From Candidatus Eiseniibacteriota bacterium (GTDB lineage Bacteria; Eisenbacteria; RBG-16-71-46; JACRLI01), in NCBI GenBank assembly GCA_016235265.1, contig JACRLI010000014.1:247405-311404 (forward strand): DNA of 64,000 nucleotides. Direction: 5' to 3'. How positions within the stretch are numbered: the first letter of the stretch is position 1; each line of letters begins with the position of its first letter. Position numbers and translations under genes: made by a program. Below, piece by piece: positions 37,013 through 47,050 of this stretch. The notes below the pieces were generated by a model. That model was not told the origin of the DNA. It did no database searches and was given only the letters and a program-made list of their open reading frames with translations.

Positions 37013-39157
37013 ATGCCGCGACTCCCGCGCGCCGGCAGTCTCGCAGTGACCGTGCTGTTCGCCGCCTGGGCCGCACAGGCGTTGGCCGCGGAGACCCGCG
37101 CTCCTGTCGCGCCCGCGACGTCCGCGCCCGCCCCGGCGCCACCCGCCGCGGCGGCACCCGCCCCAGCCCGCCGCCTCATCACCGTCGAGGACGTGACCCG
37201 CTTCCGCGACGTGAAGGACCCCCGCGTTTCCCCCGACGGCAGGTGGGTGGCCTACACCGTCACCACCCAGGACCTCAAGGCGGACAAGCGCCAGACCGAT
37301 GTGTGGATGACCAGCTGGGACGGTGCCACCACGCTGCAACTCACCCGGCGCGCGAAGGAGTCCGCTTCGGCTCCGCGCTTTAGCCCCGACGGCAGGCACC
37401 TGGCGTTCCTCTCCAGCCGCGGCGACGAGAACGAGTCCGACCAGGTGTGGCTGCTGCCCCTGGCCGGGGGGGAGGCCGCGAAGCTCACCGAGCTCAAGCA
37501 GGGAGTTTCGGACTTCGCGTGGTCGCCCGACGGATCGCGTTTCGTGCTCGCCGTGAGCGACACCGACTCCGTGTCCACCCTCGGCGCGGCGGAGAAGGAC
37601 AAGACTCCGCCGCCGATCCTCATCGACCGCTTCTACTTCAAGGAGGACGTCACCGGCTACGTGACGCGCAAGCGCACGCACCTGTTCCTGTTCGACCTCG
37701 CCACGCGCAAGGCGGAGCAGCTCACCTCCGGCGAGCACGACGACCTGCAGCCGGCGTGGTCGCCGGACGGAAGGTCAATCGCGTTCCTGAGCAAGCAGGG
37801 CCCCGACGCGGATCGCACCAGCAGCTGGGAGATCTTCGTGGTCGAGGCGCGCGCGGGCGCGCAGCCGCGGCAGGTCACGCGCTTCGAGGGCATCGTCAAC
37901 AACCCCGGAGGCGAGAACCGCATCGCGTGGAGCCCCGACGGCAGCCAGATTGCGTTCCTTCAGGGCGGTCCGCCGAAGCTGATCTACTACGCGCTGACCC
38001 GTCCCGCCGTGGTGCCTGCCGCGGGCGGCGGCGCGCGCGTGCTCACGCCCGGTCTCGACCAGTGGACGGCCGATCCCGCCTGGTCCCCGGACGGGAAGTA
38101 CCTGTACGTGCAGGTCGAGGAGGATCGCTCCGCCTTCCTCGCGCGCGTGCCCGCCGCGGGAGGAGCCCCCGAGCCCGTGCTGCGCGGGGCAGGCGTGGTG
38201 GGGACTTTCGACGTGGGCGCCTCCGGGCGGGCGGCGCTGATCCTCGGCACGCCCGGCGCGCCGCGCGAGGTGTACGCGCTGGAGGGGGGAGCCGCGCGCC
38301 AGCTGTCGCACCAGAACGACTCGCTCATGGCCGCGCTGAAGCTGAGCCCTGCCGAGAAGATCACCTTCAAGAGCCGCGACGGGACCGAGATCCACGGCTT
38401 CCTGGTGAAGCCCGCCGACTATCGCGAGGGCGCGCGCCACCCGACCATCCTGCGCATCCACGGCGGGCCGGTCGGGCAGTTCCAGGATGAGTTCGCCTCC
38501 GGCGAGGAGTGCACCTGGCAGCTGCTGGCCGCCAACGGGTACGCGGTCGTGGCCGCCAACCCGCGCGGCAGTTCCGGACGGGGCCAGAAGTTCTCCACCG
38601 CAATCTACGCCGACTGGGGCAACAAGGACGCGCAGGACGTGCTCGCGGCCGTGGACTACGCGGTGGCGCTCGGCGTGGCCGACCCCGACCGCCTCGGGCT
38701 GGGCGGATGGAGCTACGGCGGCATGCTCACCAACTACGTGATCGCCCAGGACAGGCGCTTCAAGGCGGCGGTGAGCGGTGCCAGCATCTCCAACATCCTG
38801 GCCGGATACGGCACCGACATGTACGTGCGCGAGTACGAGAGCGAACTGGGGCCGCCGTGGACCGCCGCCGACAAGTACCTCCGGGTCTCGTCGCCGTTTC
38901 TGCACGCCGACCGCATCGTCACGCCCACCCTGTTCATGTGCGGGCAGCAGGACTTCAACGTGCCGCTGCTCAACACCGAGCAGATGTACCAGGCCCTGAA
39001 GAGCCTTGGCCGCGAGACGCAGATGGTGATCTACCCGGGGCAGAACCACGGGTTCCGCCGGCCCAGCTACATCCAGGACCGGCTGCGCCGCTGGCTGGAC
39101 TGGTACGGGCGGTTCCTGAAGCCGAAGCCGGCAGCTGCCCCTACTGGCGGAAGGTGA
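37013..39157 (+). CDS. S9 family serine peptidase (prolyl oligopeptidase / acylaminoacyl-peptidase type) with N-terminal beta-propeller (TolB-like)
   Basis: Signal peptide; WSPDG propeller repeats; catalytic GGWSYGG serine motif; C-terminal alpha/beta hydrolase. Confidence 0.9.
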   Translation: MPRLPRAGSLAVTVLFAAWAAQALAAETRAPVAPATSAPAPAPPAAAAPAPARRLITVEDVTRFRDVKDPRVSPDGRWVAYTVTTQDLKADKRQTDVWMTSWDGATTLQLTRRAKESASAPRFSPDGRHLAFLSSRGDENESDQVWLLPLAGGEAAKLTELKQGVSDFAWSPDGSRFVLAVSDTDSVSTLGAAEKDKTPPPILIDRFYFKEDVTGYVTRKRTHLFLFDLATRKAEQLTSGEHDDLQPAWSPDGRSIAFLSKQGPDADRTSSWEIFVVEARAGAQPRQVTRFEGIVNNPGGENRIAWSPDGSQIAFLQGGPPKLIYYALTRPAVVPAAGGGARVLTPGLDQWTADPAWSPDGKYLYVQVEEDRSAFLARVPAAGGAPEPVLRGAGVVGTFDVGASGRAALILGTPGAPREVYALEGGAARQLSHQNDSLMAALKLSPAEKITFKSRDGTEIHGFLVKPADYREGARHPTILRIHGGPVGQFQDEFASGEECTWQLLAANGYAVVAANPRGSSGRGQKFSTAIYADWGNKDAQDVLAAVDYAVALGVADPDRLGLGGWSYGGMLTNYVIAQDRRFKAAVSGASISNILAGYGTDMYVREYESELGPPWTAADKYLRVSSPFLHADRIVTPTLFMCGQQDFNVPLLNTEQMYQALKSLGRETQMVIYPGQNHGFRRPSYIQDRLRRWLDWYGRFLKPKPAAAPTGGR

Positions 39158-39227
39158 AAGTGGAGTTTCCCGTTCGAGCGGAGATCGCACCCCGCCCGGC
39201 CGATTCCCCGTGCCGCACGGAGGCCGC

Positions 39228-40667
39228 ATGAAACCCCGGGGCGAGACTGCACTGCACCACCGCGCCACCCGCATCGTGGCCACGATCGGGCCCGCGTCGC
39301 AGGCCCCCGGCGTGCTGGAGCGCCTGCTGCGCGCCGGCGTGGACGTGGTGCGCGTCAATGGCGCGCACTGCCGCCCCGGGGACATCACCGCGCTGGTGGC
39401 GCGGGTGCGCCGCGCGGAGCGGGCCGTCCGGCGGCCGGTGGGAGTGCTGCTGGATTTGGGTGGACCCAAGATCCGTGTGGTCCCGCTCGCGGGCGGTGTG
39501 GTGGAGTGGAAGACCGGGCAGAGCGTGGAGATCGTGCCCGGCGCCGGCCGCGGCGAAGGCCGGCGGATCCGGGTCAGTTACCCGGCGCTGCTGCGCGACG
39601 TGCATCCCGGGGCGGAGATCCGCATCGACGACGGGCGCATCCGGCTGCGCGTTACGCGCCGAGGGAGGTCCTCGCTCTCCGCGCGCGTGATGGTGGGCGG
39701 GCGCGTGCGCGGCGGGGCCGGCGTGAACTTCCCGCACTCGGAACTCTCGGCGCCCGCGCTCACCGTGAAGGACCGCCGCGACCTCAAGGAGGGCGTGCGC
39801 GCCGGCGTGGACTTCCTGGGCCTCTCGTTCGTGCGCTCCGCCGCGCACGTGCGCCACGTGAAGACGCTGGTGTCGCGGGGCCCGCGGGCGCGGCGCCCGT
39901 GGGTGGTGGCCAAGATCGAGCGCCCCGAGGCGGTGCGCGACCTGGTGGCCATCGCGTCCGAGTCCGACGTGCTCATGGTGGCGCGCGGGGACCTGGGCGT
40001 GGAACTGGGCCTGGCCGCCGTGCCGATGCTGCAGCACGAGATCCTCTCGCTGGGCCGCGCCCTCGCCGTGCCGGTGATCGTGGCCACCCAGATGCTCGAG
40101 ACCATGATCTCCAGCGCCACGCCCACGCGCGCGGAAGTCTCCGACGTCGCGGGTGCGGTGCACGACGGCGCCGACGCCGTGATGCTCTCCGGCGAAACCG
40201 CCACCGGCTCGTTCCCGCTGCAGGCGGTGCGCGTCATGTCCGAGATCGCCTGCGCCGCCGAGGCGCCCGGGAGCTGGGACCTGCCTGGCACGGTTTGCGA
40301 GGATGCCGCCGACGACATCCCGCGCGTGATCACCGAGACCGCCATTCACGCCGCCGAGCTCTCGGGCGCGCGTGCCCTGGTGGTGTACACTGAGTCCGGC
40401 CGCACGGCCCGCATCCTGTCCAAGAACTCACTATCAATTCCCATCGTGGCGCTCACACCCAGCGAGGAAGTGCGGCGGAAGATGTCGCTGCTGCGGCACG
40501 TGGTGTCGTTCCGCATCCCGCTGGCGCGTTCCCTGGACGCGATGCTGGCCTCGGGCGACCGGGTGCTGCGGCGGATGCCGGCGCTGGCCGGGGAGATGGT
40601 GGTGGAGGTTTCGGGGGCGGCGCGGGAGGGGGGGCTCACGAACACGCTGCGCGTCCGCCGGTTGTAG
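39228..40667 (+). CDS. pyk: pyruvate kinase
   Basis: TRIVATIGPAS, MVARGDLGVE. ATG at 39228 with GGAGG upstream; the ORF track also allows GTG at 39210. Confidence 0.9.
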   Translation: MKPRGETALHHRATRIVATIGPASQAPGVLERLLRAGVDVVRVNGAHCRPGDITALVARVRRAERAVRRPVGVLLDLGGPKIRVVPLAGGVVEWKTGQSVEIVPGAGRGEGRRIRVSYPALLRDVHPGAEIRIDDGRIRLRVTRRGRSSLSARVMVGGRVRGGAGVNFPHSELSAPALTVKDRRDLKEGVRAGVDFLGLSFVRSAAHVRHVKTLVSRGPRARRPWVVAKIERPEAVRDLVAIASESDVLMVARGDLGVELGLAAVPMLQHEILSLGRALAVPVIVATQMLETMISSATPTRAEVSDVAGAVHDGADAVMLSGETATGSFPLQAVRVMSEIACAAEAPGSWDLPGTVCEDAADDIPRVITETAIHAAELSGARALVVYTESGRTARILSKNSLSIPIVALTPSEEVRRKMSLLRHVVSFRIPLARSLDAMLASGDRVLRRMPALAGEMVVEVSGAAREGGLTNTLRVRRL

Positions 40668-40897
40668 AGGCTTGGGTTGGTGCCCCTGAATGGGCCTTCC
40701 ACGGGAGGGCGGCGTACTGAAGCTCCCACACGGCAGGGGTTCCTCCAGGAGCCGGGCCGCTCGTCCGTCAGGTCTGGCCTGCCCTGCCCGGCGCTGCGCG
40801 AGAGAGTGGCTGACGACACTCCTATATTCTATCTCTACAATGACATACGTTGGACGCACACCACCCCAGCATCGCCCGTGAATTCCCCGTCCCCATC

Positions 40898-40906
40898 TGC
40901 TACAAT
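40898..40906 (+). promoter_or_regulatory. candidate extended -10 promoter element (TGCTACAAT) upstream of ffh
   Basis: TGn + TACAAT about 100 nt upstream of the ffh GTG, in a locally AT-richer 330-bp intergenic region. Weak -35. Confidence 0.3.
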
Positions 40907-41004
40907 CCCAAATTCGGGTTCTTCCGCCGATCCGGCAACGACCTCCGTGCCTCGCGGGTGGCCGCACCACGCCCTGCCCGGCCGGTAATGCAAGAAAGCA
41001 CTTC

Positions 41005-42324
41005 GTGTTCCAGCAACTGACCTCCCGCCTCGAGGAGGCGTTCAAGAAGCTCCGCGGCGAGAGCCGCCTGACGCCGGAGAACATCAAGGATGCTCTCCGG
41101 GAGGTCCGGCGCGCCCTCCTGGAGGCGGACGTCCACTTCCAGGTGGCGCGGGACTTCACCGCCAAGGTGGAGGCGCGGGCCAGCGGGCAGGAGGTCCTCA
41201 AGGGGCTGTCTCCCGGCCAGCAGGTGGTCCGGGTGGTGCACGAAGAACTGATGAGCATGCTGGGCGGCAAGGCCCATCCCTTGCCGCTGGCGCCCACGCC
41301 GCCCACGACCTGGATGATGGTGGGGCTGCAGGGCTCGGGGAAGACCACCTTCACCGGCAAGCTGGCGCGCTACATGAAGGAGAAGCAGCGCCGCGTGCTG
41401 ATGGCGGCCTGCGACCTGGCGCGACCCGCTGCCATGGACCAGCTGGCCACGCTGGGTCGCCAGTTGGGCGTGGAAGTGTTCGTGGACCGCACCGCCACGC
41501 ACCCGCGCGAGGTGGCTTCGAGGGCCTTTGACCGCGCGCGCGCCGGCAGCTTCGACGTGCTGCTGCTGGACACCGCGGGCCGGCTGCACGTGGACGAGGC
41601 GCTGATGCTGGAGCTGCGCGAGCTCAAGGACGAGGCGAAGCCGCACCAGACGCTGCTGGTGGTGGATGCGATGACCGGCCAGGAGGCGGTGAACGTGGCC
41701 ACCTCCTTCCGCGATGGCGTGGACTTCGACGCGCTGGTGCTGTCCAAGGTGGACGGCGACGCCCGCGGCGGCGCGGCGCTCTCGATCCGGGCCGTGACGG
41801 GCCGTCCCATCCAGTTCCTCTCCAGCGGGGAGAAGCTGGACGCGATGGAGCTGTTCCACCCCGACCGGGTGGCTTCGCGCATCCTCGGCATGGGCGACGT
41901 GCTCACGCTGGTGGAGCGCGCGGAGAACGCCGTCGAGATGGAGCAGGCCGCGGCGATGGCGGAGAAGCTCCGCCGCGAGACCTTCACCTTCGAGGACTTC
42001 CTGGAGCAGCTCCAGGCGGTCAAGAAGATGGGCCCGCTGGGGGAGGTGCTGCGCATGATCCCCGGCGTGTCCGCGAAGCTGCCCGACGACGTGGAAGTGG
42101 ACGAGTCGGGGCTGAAGCGCGTGGAGGCCATCATCCGCTCCATGACGCCCAGGGAGCGGCACCAGCCGAAGATCATCGACGGCAGCCGCCGCAAGCGCAT
42201 CGCGCGCGGCAGCGGCACCTCGGTGCAGGAGGTGAACCAGCTCTTGCGCCAGTTCACCGACATGCAGAAGATGATGCGGCAGATGAAGAAGATGGGCCGG
42301 GGCAGGCTGCCGGCCTTCAGGTAG
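41005..42324 (+). CDS. ffh: signal recognition particle protein Ffh
   Basis: GTG start. GLQGSGKTT, DTAGR, the G-domain and an M-domain rich in Met (MQKMMRQMKKM). Confidence 0.95.
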   Translation: MFQQLTSRLEEAFKKLRGESRLTPENIKDALREVRRALLEADVHFQVARDFTAKVEARASGQEVLKGLSPGQQVVRVVHEELMSMLGGKAHPLPLAPTPPTTWMMVGLQGSGKTTFTGKLARYMKEKQRRVLMAACDLARPAAMDQLATLGRQLGVEVFVDRTATHPREVASRAFDRARAGSFDVLLLDTAGRLHVDEALMLELRELKDEAKPHQTLLVVDAMTGQEAVNVATSFRDGVDFDALVLSKVDGDARGGAALSIRAVTGRPIQFLSSGEKLDAMELFHPDRVASRILGMGDVLTLVERAENAVEMEQAAAMAEKLRRETFTFEDFLEQLQAVKKMGPLGEVLRMIPGVSAKLPDDVEVDESGLKRVEAIIRSMTPRERHQPKIIDGSRRKRIARGSGTSVQEVNQLLRQFTDMQKMMRQMKKMGRGRLPAFR

Positions 42325-42384
42325 GGAAGGCGTTCCTTCCTGCCGAAAGATGTTCCAATACACAGGCAGGCACGAATGCCTGCC
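42325..42384. terminator. two stem-loops after ffh: GGAAGG-CGT-TCCTTCC (42325-42340) and the REP-like GGCAGGCA-CGAA-TGCCTGCC (42365-42384)
   Basis: Inverted repeats seen directly after the ffh stop. The second belongs to the same family as the 571-621 element. No U-tract. Confidence 0.45.
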
Positions 42385-42414
42385 ACACACTCCAAACGAC
42401 CCAAGGGAGGTTGC

Positions 42415-42816
42415 ATGGCAGTCGTCATCCGTCTGAATGTCCGCGGACGTAAGCACCTGGCGTTCCACAAGGTGGTCGTGGCGGACTCGCGCGCGCCGCG
42501 GGACGGGCGCCACATCGAGATCCTGGGCCACTACGACCCGCTGCGGGACCCTGCGGAGTTCATCGTGGACGAGGCCCGCACCAAGTACTGGCTGGAGAAG
42601 GGCGCCCAGCCCAGCGAGAAGGTGGCGGCCCTGCTGCGCGCGCACGGCATCCGCCTTCCCGAGAAGATGAGCAAGCCGAAGAAGAAGAAGGAGCGCACCA
42701 AGCCCGCCGCCTCGAAGGTCGCCGCCTCCAAGGCCGCGCGCGCCAAGTCCGCGGCGAAGAAGGCCGCCCCGAAGAAGGCCAAGCCGGCCAAGAAGAAGGC
42801 CGAGAAGAAGAGCTAG
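42415..42816 (+). CDS. rpsP: 30S ribosomal protein S16 with Lys/Ala-rich C-terminal extension
   Basis: MAVVIRLNVRGRKHLAFHKVVVADSRAPRDGRHIEILGHYDP. ATG at 42415 after GGGAGG. Tail KPKKKKERTKPAASKVAASKAARAKSAAKKAAPKKAKPAKKKAEKK. Confidence 0.92.
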   Translation: MAVVIRLNVRGRKHLAFHKVVVADSRAPRDGRHIEILGHYDPLRDPAEFIVDEARTKYWLEKGAQPSEKVAALLRAHGIRLPEKMSKPKKKKERTKPAASKVAASKAARAKSAAKKAAPKKAKPAKKKAEKKS

Positions 42817-42823
42817 GGCCGCC

Positions 42824-44104
42824 ATGCTCGACGTCAAGTTCATCCGCAACCAGCCCGACCGAGTGCGGTGGGCGGTGGAGCAGAAGGGCGCGGACCCGCG
42901 CGCCGACGTGGACCGCTTCCTGGCGCTCGACGAGGACCGCCGCCGCATCACCACCGAAGTGGACGACCTGCGCGCGAAGCGCAACGCCGCCTCCGAGGAG
43001 ATCGGCAGGAAGGCCAAGGCCGGGGGCGACAAGACCGAGCTGGAGGGGATGAAGGCGAAGATGCGCGACGTGGGCGCGCGCATCGCCGAGCTGGAGAAGG
43101 GGCTGACCGCGCTGGAGGAGGAGCAGGACGGCCTCGCGCGCTGGATCCCCAACGTGCCACACGAGAGCGTGCCCGCGGGCGACGCCTCGAAGAACGTGGT
43201 GGTGCGGGAGTGGGGCACGCCGGCCCCGGCGGGGCAGGCGCTGCCGCACTGGGAGATCGGGGCCAAGCTGGGGGTGCTGGACTTCGAGCGCGCCAGCAAG
43301 GTCTCGGGCTCGGGGTTCATCCTCTACACCGGCCTGGGTGCCAGGCTGGAGCGGGCGCTGATCCAGTTCTTCCTGGATGCCAACGGGCGCCGCGGCTACC
43401 GCGAGGTGTCACCGCCCTACCTGATCCGGCCGGAGTGCCTGTTCGGCACGGGCCAGCTGCCCAAGCTGGAAAGCGACATGTACAAGCTGCAGGACGAGGA
43501 CCTGTACCTCAATCCCACGGCCGAGGTGCCGGTCACCAACATCTACCGCGACGAGATCCTGCCCGGCGAGCAGCTGCCCATCAAACTCACGGCGTACTGC
43601 CCCAGCTTCCGCCGCGAGGCGGGCGCGGCCGGCCGCGACACCCGCGGCATGGTCCGGGTGCACCAGTTCGACAAGGTGGAGGGTGTGAAGTTCGTGGCGC
43701 CCGAGACTTCCTACGACGAGCTGGAAGCGCTGGTGGGCGACGCGGAGGAGCTGCTCAAGGCCCTGGAGCTGCCCTACCGGGTGCTGCTGCTCGCTTCGGG
43801 CGACATGAGCTTCGCGGCCAGCAAGTGCTACGACCTGGAGGTGTGGGCGCCCGCCGAGGGGCGCTGGCTGGAAGTCAGCTCGTGCAGCTGCTTCGAGGCC
43901 TTCCAGGCGCGGCGCGCCAACATCCGCTTCCGGCGCGACGCCAAGTCCAAGCCCGAGCACGTGCACACGCTGAACGGCTCGCTGCTGGCGCTGCCGCGGA
44001 TCGTCGTCGGGCTGCTGGAGCAGCACCAGGATCCCGACGGCCGCGTGCGGGTGCCGAAGGCGCTGCGGCCGTACCTGGAAGGACGCGAGTACCTGGAGGA
44101 CTAG
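42824..44104 (+). CDS. serS: seryl-tRNA synthetase
   Basis: Class II motifs: the N-terminal coiled-coil arm, FRREAG, GSGFILY and CCFEAFQ contexts; 426 aa. Confidence 0.95.
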   Translation: MLDVKFIRNQPDRVRWAVEQKGADPRADVDRFLALDEDRRRITTEVDDLRAKRNAASEEIGRKAKAGGDKTELEGMKAKMRDVGARIAELEKGLTALEEEQDGLARWIPNVPHESVPAGDASKNVVVREWGTPAPAGQALPHWEIGAKLGVLDFERASKVSGSGFILYTGLGARLERALIQFFLDANGRRGYREVSPPYLIRPECLFGTGQLPKLESDMYKLQDEDLYLNPTAEVPVTNIYRDEILPGEQLPIKLTAYCPSFRREAGAAGRDTRGMVRVHQFDKVEGVKFVAPETSYDELEALVGDAEELLKALELPYRVLLLASGDMSFAASKCYDLEVWAPAEGRWLEVSSCSCFEAFQARRANIRFRRDAKSKPEHVHTLNGSLLALPRIVVGLLEQHQDPDGRVRVPKALRPYLEGREYLED

Positions 44105-44152
44105 GGCCCGGGTGCGCCCTCGCGGCCCGGCCCTCCACCCGGAGGCAACGGA

Positions 44153-45430
44153 GTGCCGACGTCCCGCTCCACCCGCCTGCCGCCCCGCTTGAGGGTCCTG
44201 CTGGTGACCCTGAGCCTCGGGCTCCTCGTGGCGGTGTTCTTCCTCACCAACAGCATCATCGGCCAGCTGCGCGGCCAGACCGAGGATCTCTCGCGCTGGG
44301 TGGCGCAGTTCTGCGCCGACGCGTCGTTCCCCGCGAGCGCCGACACCACCATCGCGCCCATCTTCCGCAAGCTGGTGGACCGGATCAAGTTCCCGCTGGT
44401 GATCACCGACGACCAGGGGCGCCCGCGCGCGTGGAAGGGCATCCGCGTGAGCCCCACCGCGGTCTCGGCGGACGACATCAACCGCGTGGGCACCACCGAC
44501 CTTCCCATGCGCGTGCGTGCCGTGCTCGCGGAAGTGGCCGACGAGGCGCGCCGCCTGGACCAGCTGAACACGCCCATCGCGATGAAGAGCCCCGAGAACG
44601 GGAGTGTGATCGGCTACGTGCACTACGGCAATCCCACCGCGCTGCGCAGCCTGCGCTGGATCCCGGTGGCGCAGGTGCTGGCGATCCTCGTGTTCGTGGT
44701 GCTGGGCTACTGGCTGCTGCGGAGCGTGCGCCTGCACGAGCAGCGCAGCATCTACGTGGGGATGGCGCGCGAGACCGCCCACCAGCTGGGCACGCCGCTC
44801 TCCTCGCTGGCCGGCTGGCTGGAGCTGCTGCGCGAGCGCACCTCGCACCAGGAGGGCCCGGAGGTGCGCCTGCCGTCCGAGTCCTTCCGCGAGACGCTGG
44901 AGGAGATGCAGAACGACGCGGACCGGCTCAACACCGTGGCCGCGCGGTTCAGCCGCGTGGGCTCGGAGCCCATCCTGACCCAGCAGGACGTCGTGCCGAT
45001 CGTGCGCGAGGCCGTGCTATACTTCCGAAAACGCCTGCCGCAGCAGTCCACGCGCGTGTCCGTCGCCGAGCACTACGACGAAGTCCCCCCGGTCAACGTG
45101 AACCGGGAGCTGCTCTCCTGGGCCGTGGAGAACCTCCTGAACAACGCGCTGAACGCCAGCGGGCCCGGGGACGGGCGCGTGCAGGTCACCGTGCGCCGCC
45201 GGAGGCAGCGGGAGGCGGTGGAGATCGAGGTGCGCGACAACGGCCGCGGCATGACCGCCGCCGAGCGCGAGCGGGCCTTCGAGCCCGGCTTCACCACGCG
45301 CAAGCGCGGGTGGGGCCTGGGGCTCACGCTGGTGCGGCGCATCGTCGAGGAATACCACGGGGGACGCGTGGACATCGCCCAGACCGAGCAGGGCAAGGGC
45401 ACCGCGTTCGTCATCTCGTTCCCCACCTAG
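44153..45430 (+). CDS. sensor histidine kinase (2 TM, periplasmic sensor domain); PorY-like partner of the downstream regulator
   Basis: GTG start after GGAGG; H-box ETAHQLGTPLSSLAGWLELL; HATPase N/G boxes (NLLNNALNAS, DNGRGM, GWGLGL). Confidence 0.88.
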   Translation: MPTSRSTRLPPRLRVLLVTLSLGLLVAVFFLTNSIIGQLRGQTEDLSRWVAQFCADASFPASADTTIAPIFRKLVDRIKFPLVITDDQGRPRAWKGIRVSPTAVSADDINRVGTTDLPMRVRAVLAEVADEARRLDQLNTPIAMKSPENGSVIGYVHYGNPTALRSLRWIPVAQVLAILVFVVLGYWLLRSVRLHEQRSIYVGMARETAHQLGTPLSSLAGWLELLRERTSHQEGPEVRLPSESFRETLEEMQNDADRLNTVAARFSRVGSEPILTQQDVVPIVREAVLYFRKRLPQQSTRVSVAEHYDEVPPVNVNRELLSWAVENLLNNALNASGPGDGRVQVTVRRRRQREAVEIEVRDNGRGMTAAERERAFEPGFTTRKRGWGLGLTLVRRIVEEYHGGRVDIAQTEQGKGTAFVISFPT

Positions 45431-45468
45431 GGCCGCCGATGCCGGCGGCTTCCGGATCGAAAGGCGCC

Positions 45469-47043
45469 ATGGCGGAACTCCGCAGAAGAATCCTCTGGGC
45501 CGACGACGAGATCGAGTTTCTCAAGCCCCACATCCTGTTCCTGAAGGACAAGGGATACGACGTCACGCCGGTGTCCAACGGCCGCGACGCCGTGGAGAAG
45601 GTGCGCACCGAGGCGTTCGAGGCGGTGCTGCTCGACGAGATGATGCCCGGCATGGGCGGCCTCGAGACCCTGGACCTCCTCAAGCAGATCTCGCCGGGCC
45701 TGCCGGTGATCCTGGTCACCAAGAGCGAGGAAGAGCAGCTGATGGAGGACGCCATCGGGCGGCGCATCAGCGGCTATCTCATCAAGCCGGTGAACCCCAC
45801 GCAGATCCAGCTGGAGCTCAAGCGGGTGCTGGAGGGCGGCAAGCTCGAGGACCGCCGCCTCACGCGCGACTTCGTGGCGGAGCTCACGCGCATCCGCACC
45901 ACCGAAGTGGGCGGGCTGGACTGGCGCGGATGGATGCAGCTGTACCGGCGCATCGTGGAGTGGGAGCTGGAGCTGGAGTCGCTGCGCGACCGCAGCCTGG
46001 CCGACGCGCTGGCCGAGCAGAAGCGCAGCTTCAACCTGGAATTCGGCCGCTACGTGGAGCAGCACTACGGTCGCTGGGTGCGTGACAAGGCCAATCCCGA
46101 CCGCCCGGTGCTCTCGGTGGACGTGGTGGGCCGCGTGGTGGTCCCGCGGCTGCTGGAGGGCCGCCAGGTGGCGCTGCTGGTGATCGACTGCCTGCGCCTG
46201 GACCAGTGGCTGGCGCTGGAGAAGCTGCTGGAGCCGCACTTCGACATCAAGTGCGAGGAGTATTACTCCATTCTGCCCACGGCCACGCCGTACTCGCGCA
46301 ACGCGCTGTTCAGCGGCCTCACGCCGCTGGAGATGCACCGGCAGTTCCCGGAGCACTGGAGCGAGAGCGAGGGCGACGAGGGCAGCAAGAACCGCCACGA
46401 GCGGTTCTTCCTGGAGCAGCACCTGGGACGCCTGGGCGTGCCCGACGCGGGCAACCTCAAGTACTTCAAGGTGTACACCGCCGAGGAGGGCATGAGCGTG
46501 CGCCGCCAGGTGGGCGGGATGCGGAAGCTCCCCCTGGTGGCGATGGTCTACAACTTCGTGGATACCTTCTCACACGGCCGCTCGGAAGTGGAGATCCTCC
46601 AGGAGTTCGTGCCCGACGAGGCCGCCTTCCGCGCCCACGTGGCCACCTGGTTCAACCACTCCTCGCTGTTCGACACGCTGCGGCAGCTGGCGGTGCAGGA
46701 CGTGACCGTGGTGGTGACCACCGACCATGGTTCCATCCTGGCCAAGCGCTCGGCGCTGGTGAAGGCCAACCGCGAGACGTCCACCAGCCTGCGCTACAAG
46801 TACGGCAACAACCTGGTGTGCGACGACCGCCAGAGTATGCACATCAAGAACCCCGCCGAGTGCATGCTGCCGGACACCGGCCTCAACAAGCACTACCTGA
46901 TGGCGAAGGAGGATTTCTACTTCGTCTACCGCAACCGGTTCCACGAATACGAGCGGCAGTACCGCGGCAGTTTCCAGCACGGGGGCATCTCCATGGAGGA
47001 GATGATCCTGCCGCTGGCGGTGCTGGAGCCGCGAAAGGCGTAG
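45469..47043 (+). CDS. porX: response regulator receiver + PglZ (alkaline-phosphatase-like) domain protein, PorX-like
   Basis: CheY-like N-terminus (ILWADDEIEFL...VLLDEMMPGMGG, with the LIKP motif) plus a C-terminal PglZ-like domain (VVVTTDHGS). This architecture is typical of Bacteroidota PorX. ATG at 45469. Confidence 0.75.
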   Translation: MAELRRRILWADDEIEFLKPHILFLKDKGYDVTPVSNGRDAVEKVRTEAFEAVLLDEMMPGMGGLETLDLLKQISPGLPVILVTKSEEEQLMEDAIGRRISGYLIKPVNPTQIQLELKRVLEGGKLEDRRLTRDFVAELTRIRTTEVGGLDWRGWMQLYRRIVEWELELESLRDRSLADALAEQKRSFNLEFGRYVEQHYGRWVRDKANPDRPVLSVDVVGRVVVPRLLEGRQVALLVIDCLRLDQWLALEKLLEPHFDIKCEEYYSILPTATPYSRNALFSGLTPLEMHRQFPEHWSESEGDEGSKNRHERFFLEQHLGRLGVPDAGNLKYFKVYTAEEGMSVRRQVGGMRKLPLVAMVYNFVDTFSHGRSEVEILQEFVPDEAAFRAHVATWFNHSSLFDTLRQLAVQDVTVVVTTDHGSILAKRSALVKANRETSTSLRYKYGNNLVCDDRQSMHIKNPAECMLPDTGLNKHYLMAKEDFYFVYRNRFHEYERQYRGSFQHGGISMEEMILPLAVLEPRKA

Positions 47044-47050
47044 GGGATCG

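Noticed and set aside
40680-41004. Possible SRP RNA (ffs) immediately upstream of ffh
   Set aside because: The segment CCGTCAGGTCTGG weakly resembles the 4.5S domain-IV GUCAGGUCCGG. The obligatory downstream AAGGAAGCAGCC tetraloop/bulge sequence is absent, and no convincing helix forms. More likely a promoter/leader region.
42868-47043. 1391-aa plus-strand ORF covering serS, the histidine kinase and the PorX-like gene
   Set aside because: It is in frame only with the last gene (start 45469). The upstream 860 codons are a stop-free alternative frame of serS and the kinase, with RG-rich junk composition.
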